From Chrysomallon squamiferum (Eukaryota; Animalia; Mollusca): a stretch of 64,000 nt of DNA. The notes under the pieces were generated by a model. That model ran no database searches. It was not told the DNA's origin and was given only the letters and a program-made list of their open reading frames with translations. Location: contig CM022679.1 in NCBI GenBank assembly GCA_012295275.1, positions 17,236,001 through 17,300,000 on the forward strand, written 5' to 3'. The translations under genes were made by a program, and so were the position numbers. Positions 60,420-64,000 of this stretch are shown piece after piece. The first letter of the stretch is position 1; the number at the start of each line of letters is the position of its first letter.

Positions 60420-62568
60420 CTAGTCAGTAAAATCATGGATCATTAACATTCGCAGATCACAAATCATTGTCATGTGGACCATTTTCTAAATGCCAACATA
60501 AATAACAATAACAATTATTAGAAACTGACTATAATCTTTTGTTTTGTTCATCAAAAAGATAAAGTTTTATTACTCATTTTTAATTTATTATTATTTTTTT
60601 TAATCTGTAATAAAATAGTTATTAGTTTTATGTTGGCAAAAAGAATAGAACAAGGCTCTCTTTGACAAACTAAATGGAAATATGATAACTATTAATCATA
60701 AAAGTTATTTTTAAAATTTGTAATTACAATTAATATTAGAAGGAAAAAATAAAAGAATATGTTTTTATTTTATTTTAGCAATTAATTTCAATACTGATAA
60801 AGGATTATTATTTTTAGACAGAAATTAATTATTCATTATTTTATTATCTTTTTTTTTATAACTTTAAAGTGTTTGATAATTACTGTAATAATTAAATAAT
60901 TTAGCTTTGTATGGTCCACATTATACATACAAATAAATATTAAAGTTGCAAACAGCAGACTTGAAAATAAAATACAGCACTATATCTTTTAATATAATTT
61001 TTTCTCAGAAACATTTCAATGGTAAAAAAACCAAACGGAAATAATAATAATAATAAACAAATAAAAATAAGATAAATGGAGAAAAATAAATATTTTTCTT
61101 ACAAAAAATATTCTATTTGCTTTTTAAAAAAATAAAATAAATAATAATTTTTTTTATAAATGCTGTATTTTCTTTCAAGAAATTTGTCACATCCTCGAGA
61201 CAGAAATTTTTTAAAATTAAAATTAAAATTGGATATCTACCTAACATCAACACAAACACACCATTGCCATGGAAACAACCATTCATAAATAATACAGTAA
61301 ATTTAATATATATTAATTATCTATATTACCAGTGAAGATGGGTTATTTGTTAAATTTTAAATACCAAAAACATTTGTTTTTGCATCACTGTTACTAAGAA
61401 ATATTTTATTCAAGCATTTTGTTTTTAAATAAGGTGATATAATTCAGATATTTGAACCTTTTCCTCCAGGGCAAAGACCATTTAATCTTTACAAAATGTT
61501 AAAAATTGTCAGAGATTTAAAAAAAAATTATATTTATGAAATATGTTGGAAAATATATTAAATAAATATTGTTTTACCTGATATCATTTCAGAGAGTCAC
61601 AAAATAATTTAATGCTCTGAACAAACCAGTTTCAAAAAAAAAAAATTCTCATGTTTTTTGTTTACATTCAAAGAAAAACAACTATAATTATTTTATCAGC
61701 ATGCTCTTAAAAAATAAAAAAGTTAAATAATTTCCTATTATAGAATGATGTTTCCGTGACAAGTCTGAAGGATGTGACAAATCGGAAAATGAAGGAAATA
61801 TATGTGCAGACTGCTTGTATTAATAAAGACATTTCTGGTTAACACAGTACATGATAGATCTGAAATGCAACAGCTTAAAGTTTTGACTTGTGAGACCTAA
61901 TGTAAATGAGGCTGGAGATTTGACAGCAACTTAATTGGAAAACATTGCAATCTTCAATGCACTGGCCTTTTGCAACCCATCCAAATAATTCTCAGAGAGG
62001 ATTTGTTTGACCAATTATTTGTACAATTATTGATCACTGTCCAGTGGTTCAAATAGCCTTGATAATTTGTCTCAATATTTAATACATGCAATCTGCACAT
62101 TGAAGAGGAAAACAGCCTTTCTCTCACACACAAGCTAGACTTGGTGTTGTTAGGTTTATAGGATATATGACCTATTAAAATAAAACCAGAAAAATGGACA
62201 TAAAAAGCGCAACTGTCTTTATTAATGGTCTTTAGAAGGAATTAATAAAATAGAGGGCTGAATAAACAGCTGCAATAATGTAGTCTTCTCTTTGTACATC
62301 TTTGTATAGCAGTTATTAGAGCTCAGTTTTGTGCATGTTGTGAGACATTTTATTGATAATATTTATAAAAACTAAGTATACTGCTTTCAAATTATTTTTA
62401 ATGTAAACAATAATAATAAAATTTATTGAGCATGTGAAAACTCTTCACTCTGTGTCTGAATTATTACTTTTAAAATTTATTAATGAAAAAAGAATTTGTT
62501 TAAAAAATATACATAATATAAATTTAGATGGGAAATGGAAATTAAAGATTAATATTTATATATATATA

Positions 62569-62570
<2 letters not shown>

Positions 62571-62610
<40 letters not shown>
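62571..62610. repeat. (TG)n microsatellite
   Basis: About 20 TG units. Similar (CA)n/(TA)n tracts at 25831, 29663, 38193 and 55907. Confidence 0.95.
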
Positions 62611-62612
<2 letters not shown>

Positions 62613-64000
62613 TTTCCCTCAATATTTTATTACTGTTTTCTATGTCATCTTGAACTTAATAACAATGACAAAAAGTATCTTACAATATTCATTAAGTAAA
62701 TTAGGTAAATATATATAATATAAATACAACCTTAAAGAATAAGTGTGTACATTTTAGAAAAATAACAAGCAACTTAAAGTGACCAACTGTACTTGTAGTT
62801 TTATGTACTTTGCATTTATTTTTAACTAATTTAATAAATATGTATAGATGTTTTCAAAATTGTAAAGAGAAGACTACAAAATATGGCCATTGTTTTTATC
62901 TTAATAACCTGAAGGCTGCTGTGTCAGTAAATTAATTGCTGAATTGATTTTAATCTGCATATGATTTATTGATGATCCTAAGATTTAAAGCAAATCATCC
63001 AAGTGTTTACTGTAAAGTTTATCAACTGAAGACAAAGTAAACATAAAAGTAAATCTACAGAAAAATGTCATACTGATTATAAAATTTAAATTTCTCTTAT
63101 ACAGTACAAATTTTGTTACAAATAGCTTTACTTTGTTTCAAGGCATTATTCAGATGAGTAGTAAATCAATATTAAGTGTGTGTAATAATGAAAATCTCAG
63201 TAAAAACAATCCTGATGTCTTTTTTGGTCATAATAATGTTCAGGTCACTGCAATTCTAGAATTAATTTGGCATTCAGACTTGCCAACTGATATAGAATAA
63301 TAAATTACAATATATACATATGCTTTGTTTTCTTTTTGTTTTAAAACTTCTTATACTTTATTTTTTGATTTGAATTAAATACTGCTTTCAGACGGTTTAC
63401 ACTACTAGTAAATCTGTAATAACCAATAAATAAAATCAAACAGTAACTAGCATTACTAGTAAAATCAGCCTTACTGTTTCATTCATAAACATCTCTTTTT
63501 TACTTCTGAATTACTGATCACATTTATCAAGAACTTAATTTATTTTCCTTTTAACAAAAAAAAAAATTTCATACCATTGTTAAAAGAATCAAACATTTTA
63601 TCATAGGAAAACACCTATTTAATTAATAAATATCTTGATTATAATTTAATTTTAACACAGCAGCCTAAGGGTTAAGTGTAAATAAAATGAGGACAATCTC
63701 ATTAACAGACACCTCTACATGTACCTACCATACTAGATCAAAAATACTTCATGATTATGTCTTTCATCAAAGAAAGGATCACAATATTACAGTCTGCTTG
63801 TTGAGGCTTGGTCAAGTACAAGGTATAAAAACAGGAATTTTGTCAAACATAATGGCAGCATCAAGAAATGCCACAAAAAGGGAGATAATGCACATTCAGC
63901 AGTTGACCACGATACTGATAAATTTTTTGCCAGCGTGCACTCATTACGTGCGTGTTTACAAAAAGACAAACATACTATTACAGAAACTCTTGGGTCTTGT

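Noticed and set aside
1-64000. Prokaryotic-type systems (CRISPR arrays, operons), tRNA and rRNA genes
   Set aside because: The sequence is intron-rich eukaryotic DNA; no repeat-spacer arrays, cloverleafs or rRNA motifs were seen.

Overview
AT-rich eukaryotic (protostome invertebrate-like) genomic DNA with spliceosomal introns, microsatellites and CpG-depleted gene bodies. Three transcription units can be supported. (1) Minus strand, 283-40126: a complete 11-exon type I PKA regulatory subunit gene (372 aa; D/D domain, RRGAV pseudosubstrate, two cNMP-binding domains). Its 26.6 kb first intron holds several phase-0 candidate alternative N-terminal exons, most notably a 169-codon exon starting MGNKLRKLR (possible myristoylated isoform lacking the D/D domain). 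Intron 2 holds a 6-nt microexon. (2) Plus strand, ~41707-45323, head-to-head with PKA-RI: a TATA+Inr promoter packed with CRE motifs, upstream of a spliced ORF for an unrecognised ~125-aa signal-peptide plus single-TM protein. (3) Minus strand: the last six coding exons of an Rbfox gene (55058-60419; the RRM exons lie beyond the window), with a candidate 20-nt stop-containing exon and a ~6.5 kb 3'UTR carrying three miR-279 8mer sites. Two MITEs, decayed TE fragments and a local duplication are also present. All gene models were derived by hand from splice signals, phase continuity and recalled family motifs; no database search was run.
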